DNA of 64,000 bases from an uncultured Aminicenantes bacterium (GTDB taxonomy: Bacteria > Acidobacteriota > Aminicenantia > UBA2199): the NCBI GenBank assembly GCA_965195285.1, contig CBDAFS010000062.1, forward strand, positions 96,001 to 160,000, read 5' to 3'. The notes beneath the pieces are model-generated. The model ran no database searches. It had not been told where the DNA came from and saw nothing but the letters and a program-made list of their open reading frames with translations. Of this stretch, positions 1-9,940 are shown piece by piece. The number at the start of each line of letters is the position of its first letter. Positions within the stretch are counted from its first letter, which is position 1. The translations under genes were made by a program, and so were the position numbers.

Positions 1-252
1 TATGAGGGGAAATCGCGAGTTCCCCCCGTCAAAATGTCTGGAAACCACTGCTCCGCAATGTTTATTATTCAATATCCGATCAATATATTTGTGGCCGTCA
101 TTGTTTTCGGTTTTCAGGGCAAAAAACAAGGTGTGATCCTCTTTGATCAACCGGGTATCGAAATGAAAGTGAGAAAATTTCAGGTTCCTTTCAGGGCCAG
201 ACATATGACCGGCAGTGACCTCCAGGATTTCTTCTACGGTCAGTTCAGGCAT
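1..252 (-). CDS. murF: UDP-N-acetylmuramoyl-tripeptide--D-Ala-D-Ala ligase, N-terminal part (runs off the window)
   Basis: Manual translation from ATG at 252: MPELTVEEILEVTAGH...FHFDTRLI...LFFALKTENNDGHKYI, matching the Mur ligase N-domain (DTR, DGH). Directly downstream of murE and overlapping its stop. Confidence 0.85.
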   Translation of the reverse strand, partial: MPELTVEEILEVTAGHMSGPERNLKFSHFHFDTRLIKEDHTLFFALKTENNDGHKYIDRILNNKHCGAVVSRHFDGGNSRFPLI

Positions 253-1744
253 GCCCTCTACCTCTGGATTCCCTTTCTGCCAATTCCCTCCGCACCACTT
301 CATAATCATCAAAATGAATGGTTCGGTCCTTGAATATCTGATAATCCTCATGACCCTTGCCGGCAACCACCAGCAGATCATCCTTTTTGACCAGATCCAG
401 TGCCTTTTGAATGGCCTCTTCTCTATTGACAATGGTGGTATAGGAATTGAATCCGGTTTTAAAACCGTCTAAGATATCGTTAATAATGCTCTCGGGTTTT
501 TCGTTACGTGGGTTATCACTGGTGACCACCACATAATCGGCATATGTTGAGGCCACTTCACCCATTCGCGGCCTTTTTGATTTATCCCTTGAACCACCGG
601 CACCAAAAACAAGAATAATCCGGCCGACTGCGATTTCCTTCAGGGATTCAAGGAGATTTTTTAAGGCCTGGTCGGTATGGGCATAATCAATTATGACCGA
701 AAAATCATTTTGGTAGGTAAAATCCAGCCGACCTCTAACCGGTTTGAAAGATTGAATAGCACGGGCTATATCATCGGCCGGAACATCTTTTATGATAGCG
801 GAACTGATTGCAGCCAGCAAGTTGAGCAAATTGACCCTTCCGATCAGGGGGCTTTCGATTTCAATTTTCCCCCTGGGTGTTTCAATGGTTGACCGTATTC
901 CATCCAGGGAAAACACATACTTTAACGGTCTTACATCGGCGAATGGAGAAAATCCATAGGTCAGGTATTTGCAATTCAGTTGTTCGATGATTTGGCGGTA
1001 GATATCTTCTTCATCGGCATTTAAAATCGCCCAGGCTTCGGGTCCAAGCTTTTTAAAGAGTATTAACTTCGAATCCAAATAACTTCTCATGGTTTTGTGA
1101 AAATCCAGGTGATCCCCTGAAAACGAAGTAAATATACCTTGAGAAAAACACACATCTTCGACCCGGTGAAGTTTAAGACCCACCGAAGAGACTTCCATGG
1201 CCACATTTCGACAACCCTGCTTGAATATTCGGGAAAAAAACCCAAAAATATCCGGAGCTTCGGGAGTGGTGAGCGAGGTTTTCTCAGATACAATCTGGTC
1301 TCCGGATTCGGCTTTATATTCCAAACCCAGAGTACTCATTTTGGCTGTGGGTTCCTGTGAGCTTAAAATTGAATGAATAAGAGATACCACAGTTGTTTTT
1401 CCATTGGTCCCGGTAACCCCGATCACATACATTTGGTCCGAGGGATTCCCGGCCCACTGAGCAGCCATTTTGGTGATGGCTTTTCGGGTATTTCTGACTT
1501 GAACCCAGGTCAAATTATTATATTTCCGATTCAGGGGAAATTCCGAGATTACTGAATTGGCGCCATTTCTGATGGCTTCCGGTAAATAATCAATCCCGTT
1601 AAACTTGAATCCTCCCACGGCAAAAAAGCAATTGCCCTTCACTATTTTTCTGGAATCAAGGTGGAGTCCCGAAAGGGGGATATCGGGGTTTCCCCAGATT
1701 TCTATGACATCCACATGTTTCAATAATGCTTTCAGGGCTTTCAT
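245..1744 (-). CDS. murE: UDP-N-acetylmuramoyl-L-alanyl-D-glutamate--2,6-diaminopimelate ligase
   Basis: GVTGTNGKTT P-loop, MEVSS, DHLDFH, DYAHT, DNPR (DAP-specific), AGKGHE; dcw context. Confidence 0.97.
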   Translation of the reverse strand: MKALKALLKHVDVIEIWGNPDIPLSGLHLDSRKIVKGNCFFAVGGFKFNGIDYLPEAIRNGANSVISEFPLNRKYNNLTWVQVRNTRKAITKMAAQWAGNPSDQMYVIGVTGTNGKTTVVSLIHSILSSQEPTAKMSTLGLEYKAESGDQIVSEKTSLTTPEAPDIFGFFSRIFKQGCRNVAMEVSSVGLKLHRVEDVCFSQGIFTSFSGDHLDFHKTMRSYLDSKLILFKKLGPEAWAILNADEEDIYRQIIEQLNCKYLTYGFSPFADVRPLKYVFSLDGIRSTIETPRGKIEIESPLIGRVNLLNLLAAISSAIIKDVPADDIARAIQSFKPVRGRLDFTYQNDFSVIIDYAHTDQALKNLLESLKEIAVGRIILVFGAGGSRDKSKRPRMGEVASTYADYVVVTSDNPRNEKPESIINDILDGFKTGFNSYTTIVNREEAIQKALDLVKKDDLLVVAGKGHEDYQIFKDRTIHFDDYEVVRRELAERESRGRGHA

Positions 1745-3444
1745 ATTCTTATCTCATTTCTTCCGTCTAATTCAGGAAAAATTTCCAGGTATATCATCAA
1801 ACGCTCGGCGATCAGTTTAAAAAGCGGAGCCGCCACATCGCCACCATAGTATTTTCCCTTGGGTTCATCAATGATCACATACATGGTCACCACCGGATCC
1901 TGGGCCGGAAAGAATCCACCGAAAGAGGAGACATAAATTTTTTCATATTTGCCCCTTTTGATTTTCCGGGCGGTTCCGGTTTTGCCGGCAATGGTCATTC
2001 CCTCTATTTTCGACTGTTTTCCGGTTCCCGACTCCACTACTTTGGTCATGATGGACAGCATCTTTTGGGAAGTGGATTGAGACAGCACCCGCTGCTTCTT
2101 ACTCTGCGAGAGAATCTGGCTGCCGATCTGTTTGAGCAACCGAGGTTGAACCAGATACCCTCCGGTGGCAATCACATTAAAGGCTCTGAGCATCTGAATC
2201 GGGGTCACGCTGATTTCATATCCGAAGGACAGCGAGGCGATTGATGTCCGGGTCCATTTACCCAGCGGATTCAAAATCCCGCTCTCTTCCGCTGGTAATC
2301 CGATTCCGGTCTTATGACCAAAGCCGAAATCACTTATGGTCTGGAAATATTTTTCTTTACCCAGCCTCAAGCCGACCCGTACGGCACCGATATTGCTTGA
2401 CTTGATAATAATGTCCTCAAAGCTAAGTTTGTTAAAGGCGTGCACATCCAAAATCTGCCGGTTAAATATCTGGTAGCTGCCATTGTAACAATCAAAAATC
2501 TGCTGAGTATGACATACCTGGTTCTCCAGGGCGGAAGAGGCCAGGATAATTTTGAACGTGGACCCCGGATCACACAGAAAGGATATGGAATAGTTTTTTA
2601 AAAACCGGCTGGGGGTGTGGGACAGCCGTTCGGGTTTATAGGTGGGGTAGCTGGCCATGGCAATAACCGATCCCTCATGGGAGTCCATGACAATGACACT
2701 TCCGCCTTTGGCCCGGAAATGGCGGATGAGATTTTTCAGCTCCTTCTCAATAAAAAATTGAACCGTGGAATCGATGGTGAGATGAATGTCCCTGCCGGAA
2801 ACGGGATGATTCAGATATTGATAGTTGAATATCTTCCGCCGGGCATCCACCAGCACTTCCACCTGTCCGCCTTTCCCTTTAATCAGGTCATCAAAAGCAT
2901 ATTCAATTCCAGCCAAACCCTGCTCGTCGATTCCCACCCCGCCCAGAATGTGAGCGGCTGTCTCCTGCTGGGGATATATTCTTTTATACTCATCAACAAA
3001 TCCAATGATCGATCCCCTGACCGATTTCACCTTGACCCGCTTTAAACTGGCATATTCACTATCCCTCAGTTTTCTCTTTATCCAGATGAAACCATCTCCC
3101 CGCTTGATCCGGTTTTCAATAAACTTTTTTTTGTCCCGGCTGATGGAAATAACCTTTTGAATGCGGGAAAATATCTTCGCAGATTCCTGTTTTATTTTAT
3201 TGCTGATAAAAGCGGATTTTGTTTTCACAGAAATGGCCAGGATTTCACCATTGCAGTCATACATGGTTCCCCTTTTGGGATTGAGGGATAAGATACGGTG
3301 GCTCTGGGCCTTTATCCTGGCCAGATACTTGTTGTAATTAAAGACCTGGGTTTTAATCAGGGTAAAGACAATAATCAAAATCCAGCCCATAAAAAACATG
3401 AAAATGATAAAAGTCCGGTTCCGTTCGTTTCTGTTCATTTTCAT
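1741..3444 (-). CDS. ftsI: Cell division transpeptidase PBP3
   Basis: N-terminal TM helix, PGSTFK (SxxK), SSN, KTGT motifs; dcw order. Confidence 0.93.
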   Translation of the reverse strand: MKMNRNERNRTFIIFMFFMGWILIIVFTLIKTQVFNYNKYLARIKAQSHRILSLNPKRGTMYDCNGEILAISVKTKSAFISNKIKQESAKIFSRIQKVISISRDKKKFIENRIKRGDGFIWIKRKLRDSEYASLKRVKVKSVRGSIIGFVDEYKRIYPQQETAAHILGGVGIDEQGLAGIEYAFDDLIKGKGGQVEVLVDARRKIFNYQYLNHPVSGRDIHLTIDSTVQFFIEKELKNLIRHFRAKGGSVIVMDSHEGSVIAMASYPTYKPERLSHTPSRFLKNYSISFLCDPGSTFKIILASSALENQVCHTQQIFDCYNGSYQIFNRQILDVHAFNKLSFEDIIIKSSNIGAVRVGLRLGKEKYFQTISDFGFGHKTGIGLPAEESGILNPLGKWTRTSIASLSFGYEISVTPIQMLRAFNVIATGGYLVQPRLLKQIGSQILSQSKKQRVLSQSTSQKMLSIMTKVVESGTGKQSKIEGMTIAGKTGTARKIKRGKYEKIYVSSFGGFFPAQDPVVTMYVIIDEPKGKYYGGDVAAPLFKLIAERLMIYLEIFPELDGRNEIRI

Positions 3445-3734
3445 TTTGACACTTCGAAAATTTTAATAAACTGTTCGGATTTGGGATATCGGTATCCCAG
3501 TTGGTTCATCACCACCTTTTCTATCCTATCCAGATTTAACAGCTTGGCCTTGTTAGCCTTCAGTTTATCGATTTCCTCCATCAGTATTTTCTGGTGCTGG
3601 ATCAATTTCTGCATCTTGTAACCATAATCAATGTTTTTCAAATTCAGGCTTGAATAAGTGAATAAAAGAATAAACACCATGAAAGTAACAAGAATAAAGA
3701 TTCCGCTGACTGATTGTTTGTTCCGGGATTTCAT
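3441..3734 (-). CDS. ftsL: Cell division protein FtsL
   Basis: One TM plus coiled coil, RIEKV..LG motif; lies between rsmH and ftsI. Confidence 0.85.
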   Translation of the reverse strand: MKSRNKQSVSGIFILVTFMVFILLFTYSSLNLKNIDYGYKMQKLIQHQKILMEEIDKLKANKAKLLNLDRIEKVVMNQLGYRYPKSEQFIKIFEVSK

Positions 3735-4615
3735 AAAACTTCCGCCGCCCTTAATTTCGCCGAACGAGAGGCTTGATTCCGGAGGATCTCTTCCGGGCTG
3801 GGAAACATGGGAAAAGGCTTCAGGATAGTGATCTTGCCTTTATCCCGGAGCGATTTAAACCCCCTTTTTACCATCCGATCTTCAATTGAATGATAGGTCA
3901 GATAAACAATTCTGGCTCCCCTATTTAGATAATCGGGCAATTTTTCCAGAAATTGATCCACACCCTCCAATTCCTTATTCACAAATATTCTCAAGGCCTG
4001 AAAGACCCTGGCAGCGGGATGTACCCGACCCTTCTTAAGCCGCCGGCCATCCATCTGTTCGACGATCTCTCTCAACTGGCGGGTTGATTCCACCGGAGCA
4101 AAGAGCCTGCGTTCAATTATTTTCTTGGCCAGTTTTTCAGGATTCCTGACCTCTCCATATTCCCTGAAAATTCTGGCCAGCTGTGCTTCGCTGAAGTTAT
4201 TGATAACCTCTTCAGCCGATACTTTCAGGGACTTGTCCTTCCTCATGTCCAGCCTGGAGTCCAGCTGATGTGAAAATCCCCTTTCGGGATTCTTCAACTG
4301 GTCCATGGATATTCCGGGATCGACCAGAATTCCCGAAACCTTCAAACTGGAAAAATCGATCTTTTCAAAAATATCCAGAAAATTGCATCGATAGAAACGA
4401 ATCCGTTCTGAAAATGCAGTCAGCTTCGTTTTAGCCTTTTTGATACTGGATCCATCGATATCAATGGCAATCACACTGGAATTCAAAAAATGTCTAAGCA
4501 TATAATATGAATGCCCTCCTAAGCCAACTGTACAATCTATAAATAACGTCTGATCTGTATGCGCAAAAACAGTGATTATCTCACTGCTCATCACTGGATA
4601 ATGAAGCGGTTGCAT
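3731..4615 (-). CDS. rsmH: 16S rRNA m4C1402 methyltransferase
   Basis: HYPVM, DCTVGLGGHS, LDMR, FQALRIFVN, YHSIEDR, SRSAKLR motifs. Confidence 0.97.
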   Translation of the reverse strand: MQPLHYPVMSSEIITVFAHTDQTLFIDCTVGLGGHSYYMLRHFLNSSVIAIDIDGSSIKKAKTKLTAFSERIRFYRCNFLDIFEKIDFSSLKVSGILVDPGISMDQLKNPERGFSHQLDSRLDMRKDKSLKVSAEEVINNFSEAQLARIFREYGEVRNPEKLAKKIIERRLFAPVESTRQLREIVEQMDGRRLKKGRVHPAARVFQALRIFVNKELEGVDQFLEKLPDYLNRGARIVYLTYHSIEDRMVKRGFKSLRDKGKITILKPFPMFPSPEEILRNQASRSAKLRAAEVL

Positions 4616-5057
4616 TTAAAGTTTTCGAGACTTCGTGTAATTTTTCTTTTCCAAATCGATCGCCCAACTCCCTGGTTTTGAAAATTTCCTCATTCCAGAT
4701 TTCCAGGGTGTTGGCCTTCCCCAGGATTCGACTGACTCCATCCAACTGGCTTTCTTTTCTTAAAACCGGAGGAATAAGAACCCTTCCCTTTAAATCAATC
4801 TCCGATTCTGTTCCCCAGTAACTTAAACGGCTCACAAAATCACTGATATCCGGGTTCCATACCCCAACATTTTCAAATTTCTTTTCTACCTCTTCCCATA
4901 CTTTAATGGGATACATCATCACGTGATCTCCATTCAGGGAAGTGATAAAGACATCTCTTCCGTAGTTGGAATCAAAAACCTGGAGAAATCTTGCCGGGAT
5001 CTTAATCCGTCCCCGATCATCGATTTTCACATCATAACTGCCTCTAAATCGCTGCAT
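4581..5057 (-). CDS. mraZ: Division/cell-wall cluster transcriptional regulator MraZ
   Basis: Two DxxGR repeats (IDDRGRIKIP, IDLKGRVLIP). Start placed at ATG 5057 (MQRFRG) because the track's 5075 start falls inside the operator repeats. Confidence 0.95.
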   Translation of the reverse strand: MQRFRGSYDVKIDDRGRIKIPARFLQVFDSNYGRDVFITSLNGDHVMMYPIKVWEEVEKKFENVGVWNPDISDFVSRLSYWGTESEIDLKGRVLIPPVLRKESQLDGVSRILGKANTLEIWNEEIFKTRELGDRFGKEKLHEVSKTLNATASLSSDEQ

Positions 5058-5060
5058 TAT

Positions 5061-5085
5061 CCCATTTGTTCCCATTTATTCCCAC
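5061..5085 (-). promoter_or_regulatory. MraZ operator: three TGGG boxes at 10-bp period
   Basis: Minus strand reads GTGGG-AATAA-ATGGG-AACAA-ATGGG just before the mraZ start, matching known MraZ-binding direct repeats. Confidence 0.8.
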
Positions 5086-5147
5086 ATATAATATAATATA
5101 TAATAATATAAAAATCAAGAAAAAAATATTTTTTTACACTTTTGACC

Positions 5148-5176
5148 TTGACACCCCATATATAGTGTTCTAAACT
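5148..5176 (+). promoter_or_regulatory. Sigma70 promoter of nrdJ with NrdR box in the spacer
   Basis: TTGACA (5148-5153), 17 bp, TAAACT (5171-5176). ACCCCATATATAGTGT (5153-5168) matches the NrdR consensus acaCwAtATaTwGtgt. Confidence 0.8.
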
Positions 5177-5298
5177 TACTGGGTAACTAAATAAAAGTGA
5201 ATTGGCCGGGTGGTCAACATTCAATAAACAGGCTATAAGAAAAAAGTTGCTGGTATTATGCTGGATTTTTATTAAATTTGAACATAAGGAGAAATAAT

Positions 5299-7380
5299 AT
5301 GGAGGGATTTTCTGAAAATGCCTTAAAAATTTTAAGGGCCAGATATTTTAAAAAAAACGAAAATGGCGAACTGATAGAAAAGAAACCCTCTGATTTATTC
5401 AAAAGAGTCTCAAAATACATTTCCCGGGCTGAAAAAAGCCAAGCGGATAGAAAACTCTGGGAAAAAAAGTTTTTTGAGGTCATGATGCAACGGGATTTTA
5501 TGCCCAATTCCCCAACCCTGACCGGTGCAGATCGGGGCATGTGTCTCTCGGCCTGTTTTGTGCTGCCCATAAAGGATTCGCTGGACGATATTTTCCAAAC
5601 CGTAAAAAACGCAGCCCTGGTTCATAAAGAAGGCGGAGGAACCGGCTTTGATTTTTCCCGAATCAGGCCCCAGGGCAGCTTTGTCAGAAAAACCCAGGGA
5701 ATCGCCTCTGGACCCATTTCATTTCTGAAGGTAATAGATGCGGGCACAGAAGCGGTCAAACAGGGTGGAACCCGGCGGGGCGCCAATATGGGCATATTAA
5801 GAGTCGATCATCCGGATATCAAGGAATTTATTACCATGAAACTGGATGGGAAAACCGCTCAGAATTTTAATATTTCAGTGGCCATAACCGACAAATTCAT
5901 TAAGGCCATAAAAGAAAAAACCACCTATGACCTGGTCGATCCCATGACCGGGAAAGTAACAGGGAGTATGGAACCGGAGGAAATTTTCAATTTGATTGTT
6001 GATTCTGCCTGGCGGAATGGGGATCCGGGCCTGATTTTTATCGATAAGATCAACCAGTTGAATCCCACCCGGGCCCAGGGGCCGATACGAGCCACCAATC
6101 CCTGTGGTGAACAACCACTCCATGACTACGAATCCTGCAATCTGGGCTCGATCAATATTTCAAATTTTTTTCATTCAGCCAAAAAAGACAAGTTCGACTG
6201 GGACCGGTTCCGGGAGATTATCACACTGGGTATCCGCTTTCTGGATAATGTCATTGACATAAATATTTATCCGCTACCCCAAATCGAAAACATGGCCAAA
6301 TCGAATCGCCGAATCGGATTGGGGATCATGGGGTTTGCAGACTTATTGATAAAAATGGAGTTCAAATACGATACGGAACCCGCCCGAAAAATTGGCAGGA
6401 AAATCATCAAATTCCTCAAGGAAGAATCAGGAGCGGCCTCTGCTGCCCTGGCCGAAGAACGCGGATCTTTCCCCAACATTAAGCAATCAATTTATCAGGG
6501 GGGAAAAATGCGGAATGCAGCCCTGCTGACCATAGCACCGACCGGTACCATATCCAGGATTGCGGGATGTTCTTCCAGTATCGAACCGATTTTTGCCTTT
6601 AAAATGATCTCAAAAATTCTGGATGGCGAGATCAAGGACCTCCATCCCCTGTACCAGCAATGGGAAGACAAACATCCCGGAGAGCCACACCCCAACTGGT
6701 TTATTGTGGCCAAGGACATATCACCGTTCGACCATCTCAAAATGCAGGAAGTCTTTCAACAATATGTGGATAGTGCCGTTTCCAAAACCATAAATTTCCC
6801 CAATGAAGCCAGCCGGGAAGATATTGCCGACTCCTATCTCAAAGCGTTTGATATGAAAACCAAGGGGATTACCGTTTACCGGGACGGCTGCCGGTCAATA
6901 CAGGTGCTCAACAAAGAGAAGGAAGACAAACCACAACCCCTGGGAAGACCGGATGCACTCCCCTCAACCACCCATAAAATTTCAACCGGCCTGGGAAGGC
7001 TTTATATTACCATTTCACACTTTAACGGAATTCCATTCGAGGTTTTCTGCTCTATCGGCAAAAGCGGTTATTCGACCATGGCAGATGCCGAGGCTATCGG
7101 ACGACTGGCCTCCCTCTCCCTTAGAAGCGGAATCTCCGCTGTCAAGGTAGTCAACCAGTTGAAGGGAATCGGAGGTTCGGAACCCACTTTTCACAACGGG
7201 GCTCTGATTCAATCGATTCCAGATGCCATTGCCCACGCCCTGGAATCGCATATTGGAGAAGTTACCATCAACAAACAGGATCTGAACACCATTTCCTGCC
7301 CGATGTGCGGGGCATCACTTCCGGATGAAAAATGCCCTACCTGTCCCAACTGTGCCTGGACTCGCTGTTCAGGTACCTGA
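5299..7380 (+). CDS. nrdJ: Adenosylcobalamin-dependent (class II) ribonucleotide reductase with C-terminal TSCPD-like domain and Zn ribbon
   Basis: FMPNSPTL, LSACFV, QGGTRRGANM, TNPCGEQ, CNLGSIN, TIAPTGT, SKTIN, KGITVYRDG; Cys-rich C-terminus. AAGGAG RBS before ATG 5299; no nrdB adjacent. Confidence 0.93.
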   Translation: MEGFSENALKILRARYFKKNENGELIEKKPSDLFKRVSKYISRAEKSQADRKLWEKKFFEVMMQRDFMPNSPTLTGADRGMCLSACFVLPIKDSLDDIFQTVKNAALVHKEGGGTGFDFSRIRPQGSFVRKTQGIASGPISFLKVIDAGTEAVKQGGTRRGANMGILRVDHPDIKEFITMKLDGKTAQNFNISVAITDKFIKAIKEKTTYDLVDPMTGKVTGSMEPEEIFNLIVDSAWRNGDPGLIFIDKINQLNPTRAQGPIRATNPCGEQPLHDYESCNLGSINISNFFHSAKKDKFDWDRFREIITLGIRFLDNVIDINIYPLPQIENMAKSNRRIGLGIMGFADLLIKMEFKYDTEPARKIGRKIIKFLKEESGAASAALAEERGSFPNIKQSIYQGGKMRNAALLTIAPTGTISRIAGCSSSIEPIFAFKMISKILDGEIKDLHPLYQQWEDKHPGEPHPNWFIVAKDISPFDHLKMQEVFQQYVDSAVSKTINFPNEASREDIADSYLKAFDMKTKGITVYRDGCRSIQVLNKEKEDKPQPLGRPDALPSTTHKISTGLGRLYITISHFNGIPFEVFCSIGKSGYSTMADAEAIGRLASLSLRSGISAVKVVNQLKGIGGSEPTFHNGALIQSIPDAIAHALESHIGEVTINKQDLNTISCPMCGASLPDEKCPTCPNCAWTRCSGT

Positions 7381-7420
7381 AGCAGAAACCTTTCATTTCG
7401 ACCGAAACTGGAAAAGAAAT

Positions 7421-8746
7421 TTAATAGAGTTTGGCTCCGGCTTCCAGAGCCTGTATGTTTATGTCGGCAATTTGGGGACTCTGGTGGGTGGTAATGGCTT
7501 TTTTCAGGGCCTCTAACGGAAATATTTCACTGTATCGGATCAATACGGCCAGGGCTACAATACCCACTGAAAAACGATTGATTTTTCTGGCTGTTTTCAG
7601 GAAGGGAAATGTAAACACACTGGCCTTGGTTTCAGGCAATTCCAATGAACTGTCGGCAAGCAACTTGCAGTTTTCCGGAAGCTTTTCAATTCTACTCCTG
7701 GACACCTCCAATCCTTCTTCGGAGATCAATAAAATATAATTGGGCGATTCAATGGCATTATAGTTAATCGGTTCAGGAGAAATCACCAGCTCCGAGATTG
7801 AATGGCCGGTCATTACGGTAATGGGGTAATCATCTTTTTGAGTTACTTCCAGACCACTGTACATAGAAGCCAGGGCAAACATGGTGGCTGCGGATCTGAT
7901 TTTTTGGCCGGCGCTGCCGGAAATAATGAATCCTTTTTTTTCATTGAGCGTATTGGTAAATTTTGTCTTAATGGTCGGTTTGCTTTTGAGAAGTTCTTTA
8001 TTGTTCTGGCTCTGTTCATGATATAGGACGCTGAATTCCGGACGCGGATTGTCGGCTATCAATCCCAGCTTAAAATGGTTGCGGTCAATGATATCAAACA
8101 GATCCTTCCGTTTCAGCTTATTACGGGGAGAATAATAGGCCGTGCAAAGTTCCCAGATGTCCAGCATGGCAAATCCCGGCTGACTGATCGCCCGGGCTAT
8201 AACTTCGGACAGGTCCTGGTCAAAAACAGTACCCCGGTAAACCCAGGGAGCCCCGGCAGCAGTGGCCGTGGCACACAAATCCATAGGCGCTTCCAAATTA
8301 CCCAGGGGAGTGGTGGAGGTTTTTCCACCGGCCGGGGTGGTCACTGAATGCTGCCCGCCGGTCATTCCGTAATTTAGATTGTTAGCTACCAAAAGCTTGA
8401 TCCCGATATTGCGCCTGGAGACGTTGAGCAGGTGGGCACCTCCGATCCCGCATCCTCCATCTCCCTGCAGTACAATCACGTTTAAATCCGGGCGGGCCAA
8501 CTTCAAGCCGCAGCCGTAGGTGATGGAGCGGCCGTGCAGGCCGTGAAAGGCATTGGTGCTAAAGTAACGGTCAGCCAAACCGATACAACCGATATCGGTA
8601 ACAATAACAATTTTTTTGGGATCCAGTTGCAGCCTAATCAGGGCCTTATCCAAGGCATTGACCAACACGGTATGACCACACCCGGGACAAAAGGGAAGAA
8701 AGCCGAACTTGTTGTTCCGGTAGCTGGTGTACTTGGCTTCACTCAT
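7421..8746 (-). CDS. 2-oxoacid:ferredoxin oxidoreductase beta subunit (TPP-binding) fused to a gamma (POR domain III) domain
   Basis: FCPGCG, DIGC, HGR, GDGG...N TPP motif, YGMTGGQ; C-terminal SGSAGQKI...SISELVIS gamma-type domain. Confidence 0.88.
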   Translation of the reverse strand: MSEAKYTSYRNNKFGFLPFCPGCGHTVLVNALDKALIRLQLDPKKIVIVTDIGCIGLADRYFSTNAFHGLHGRSITYGCGLKLARPDLNVIVLQGDGGCGIGGAHLLNVSRRNIGIKLLVANNLNYGMTGGQHSVTTPAGGKTSTTPLGNLEAPMDLCATATAAGAPWVYRGTVFDQDLSEVIARAISQPGFAMLDIWELCTAYYSPRNKLKRKDLFDIIDRNHFKLGLIADNPRPEFSVLYHEQSQNNKELLKSKPTIKTKFTNTLNEKKGFIISGSAGQKIRSAATMFALASMYSGLEVTQKDDYPITVMTGHSISELVISPEPINYNAIESPNYILLISEEGLEVSRSRIEKLPENCKLLADSSLELPETKASVFTFPFLKTARKINRFSVGIVALAVLIRYSEIFPLEALKKAITTHQSPQIADINIQALEAGAKLY

Positions 8747-9867
8747 ACCAGACCCCCTTCCTTTAAAATCATTTCAGGGGAGATCAAGGTGGTATCCATT
8801 TTATTGATCCCAATCACAAGAACATCCCGGGAAACCAGTCTTTCGATTTCATAAACATACTGCCCCAGGTTCATTTCCGGAATCAGAACCTTTTTAATCC
8901 CGTTCAATGCCGATTTAATGTGATTTACCGGAACCGGCCACAGGGTTTGCAGGACCAGTGAGGAGACCTTCATTCGGTGTGAGCGCGCCTGTTTAACCGC
9001 AACTGCCACTGATTTTGAAACAATGCCATAACTGATAATCAGGGTTTCAGCTCCAGGTTCCAGGTCTGTCTTTACCAGTGCCAGTTGGTCTGTGTTTTCA
9101 ACTATTTTTGCACTATAGTGCCGAAGCATTTCCTGGATCATTTGAGGATTATTGGTCAGATAACCGGATTTATCATGGGTGGAAGTAGTAAAACGCACGA
9201 TATGTTCCGCACCTATGTCTGACATCAATGGCACCTCGGCAGGATGGTCGAAATAATGGGGCAGAAATTCCTGATCGGATTTATATTTTTTTCTCTTTCT
9301 CAGAGGTGGTAATTCTACCCGTGTGAGATCGACAGATTCTCTGGTAATAGCCAGTTCCTTGTTGGTCAGCAGAAAAACAGGCGTTCGGTACTTTTCCGCC
9401 ATATTAAAGGCAATATAAGTCAGCTGGTAGGCTTCAACCAAATTGGCCGGATTCAGGGCAATCACCGGTAGTCCGCCAGAGGTTACCCAGCGGATGAATT
9501 GAATATCTCCCTCCGCACCCTTGGTGGCGGACCCGGTAGCCGGACCCTGGCGTTGAACATTCACAATAACCATCGGGGTTTCCCCGATAACCGCCAGGCC
9601 AATATTCTCACTGTATAAGCTGATACCCGGTCCACTGGTAGCTGTCATTACTTTTCGACCAGCCATGGCCGCGGCAATACAAAATCCCATCGAGGCGATT
9701 TCATCCTCAGCCTGAATCGCTATCCCGTCATTCAGGGAGATAAAGTCCATCATATAGTGTAGGATTGAAGAGGCCGGGGTAATGGGGTATCCGGCAAAAA
9801 AATCGCATTTTGCCGCAATGGCACCGCGGGCAATGGCCTCATTGCCTTCAAGAAATTCCCTGCCCAT
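8743..9867 (-). CDS. 2-oxoacid:ferredoxin oxidoreductase alpha subunit
   Basis: GNEAIARGA, AGYPITPAS, QAEDEIAS, TATSGPG, QRQGP, EMNLGQ. Confidence 0.92.
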   Translation of the reverse strand: MGREFLEGNEAIARGAIAAKCDFFAGYPITPASSILHYMMDFISLNDGIAIQAEDEIASMGFCIAAAMAGRKVMTATSGPGISLYSENIGLAVIGETPMVIVNVQRQGPATGSATKGAEGDIQFIRWVTSGGLPVIALNPANLVEAYQLTYIAFNMAEKYRTPVFLLTNKELAITRESVDLTRVELPPLRKRKKYKSDQEFLPHYFDHPAEVPLMSDIGAEHIVRFTTSTHDKSGYLTNNPQMIQEMLRHYSAKIVENTDQLALVKTDLEPGAETLIISYGIVSKSVAVAVKQARSHRMKVSSLVLQTLWPVPVNHIKSALNGIKKVLIPEMNLGQYVYEIERLVSRDVLVIGINKMDTTLISPEMILKEGGLV

Positions 9868-9940
9868 GAAGCGTTCTCCCCTTAGCCCTGTCCGATGATT
9901 TCCATAATTTTATAAACCTTCTCCGGGAATTACGGTTTCT

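Noticed and set aside
5086-5135. ATATAAT-like low-complexity run
   Set aside because: AT-rich promoter DNA of the divergent mraZ/nrdJ region, not a distinct repeat element.
5299-7380. Intein or intron in nrdJ
   Set aside because: The ORF is continuous and of normal length, with no intein splice or homing-endonuclease motifs.
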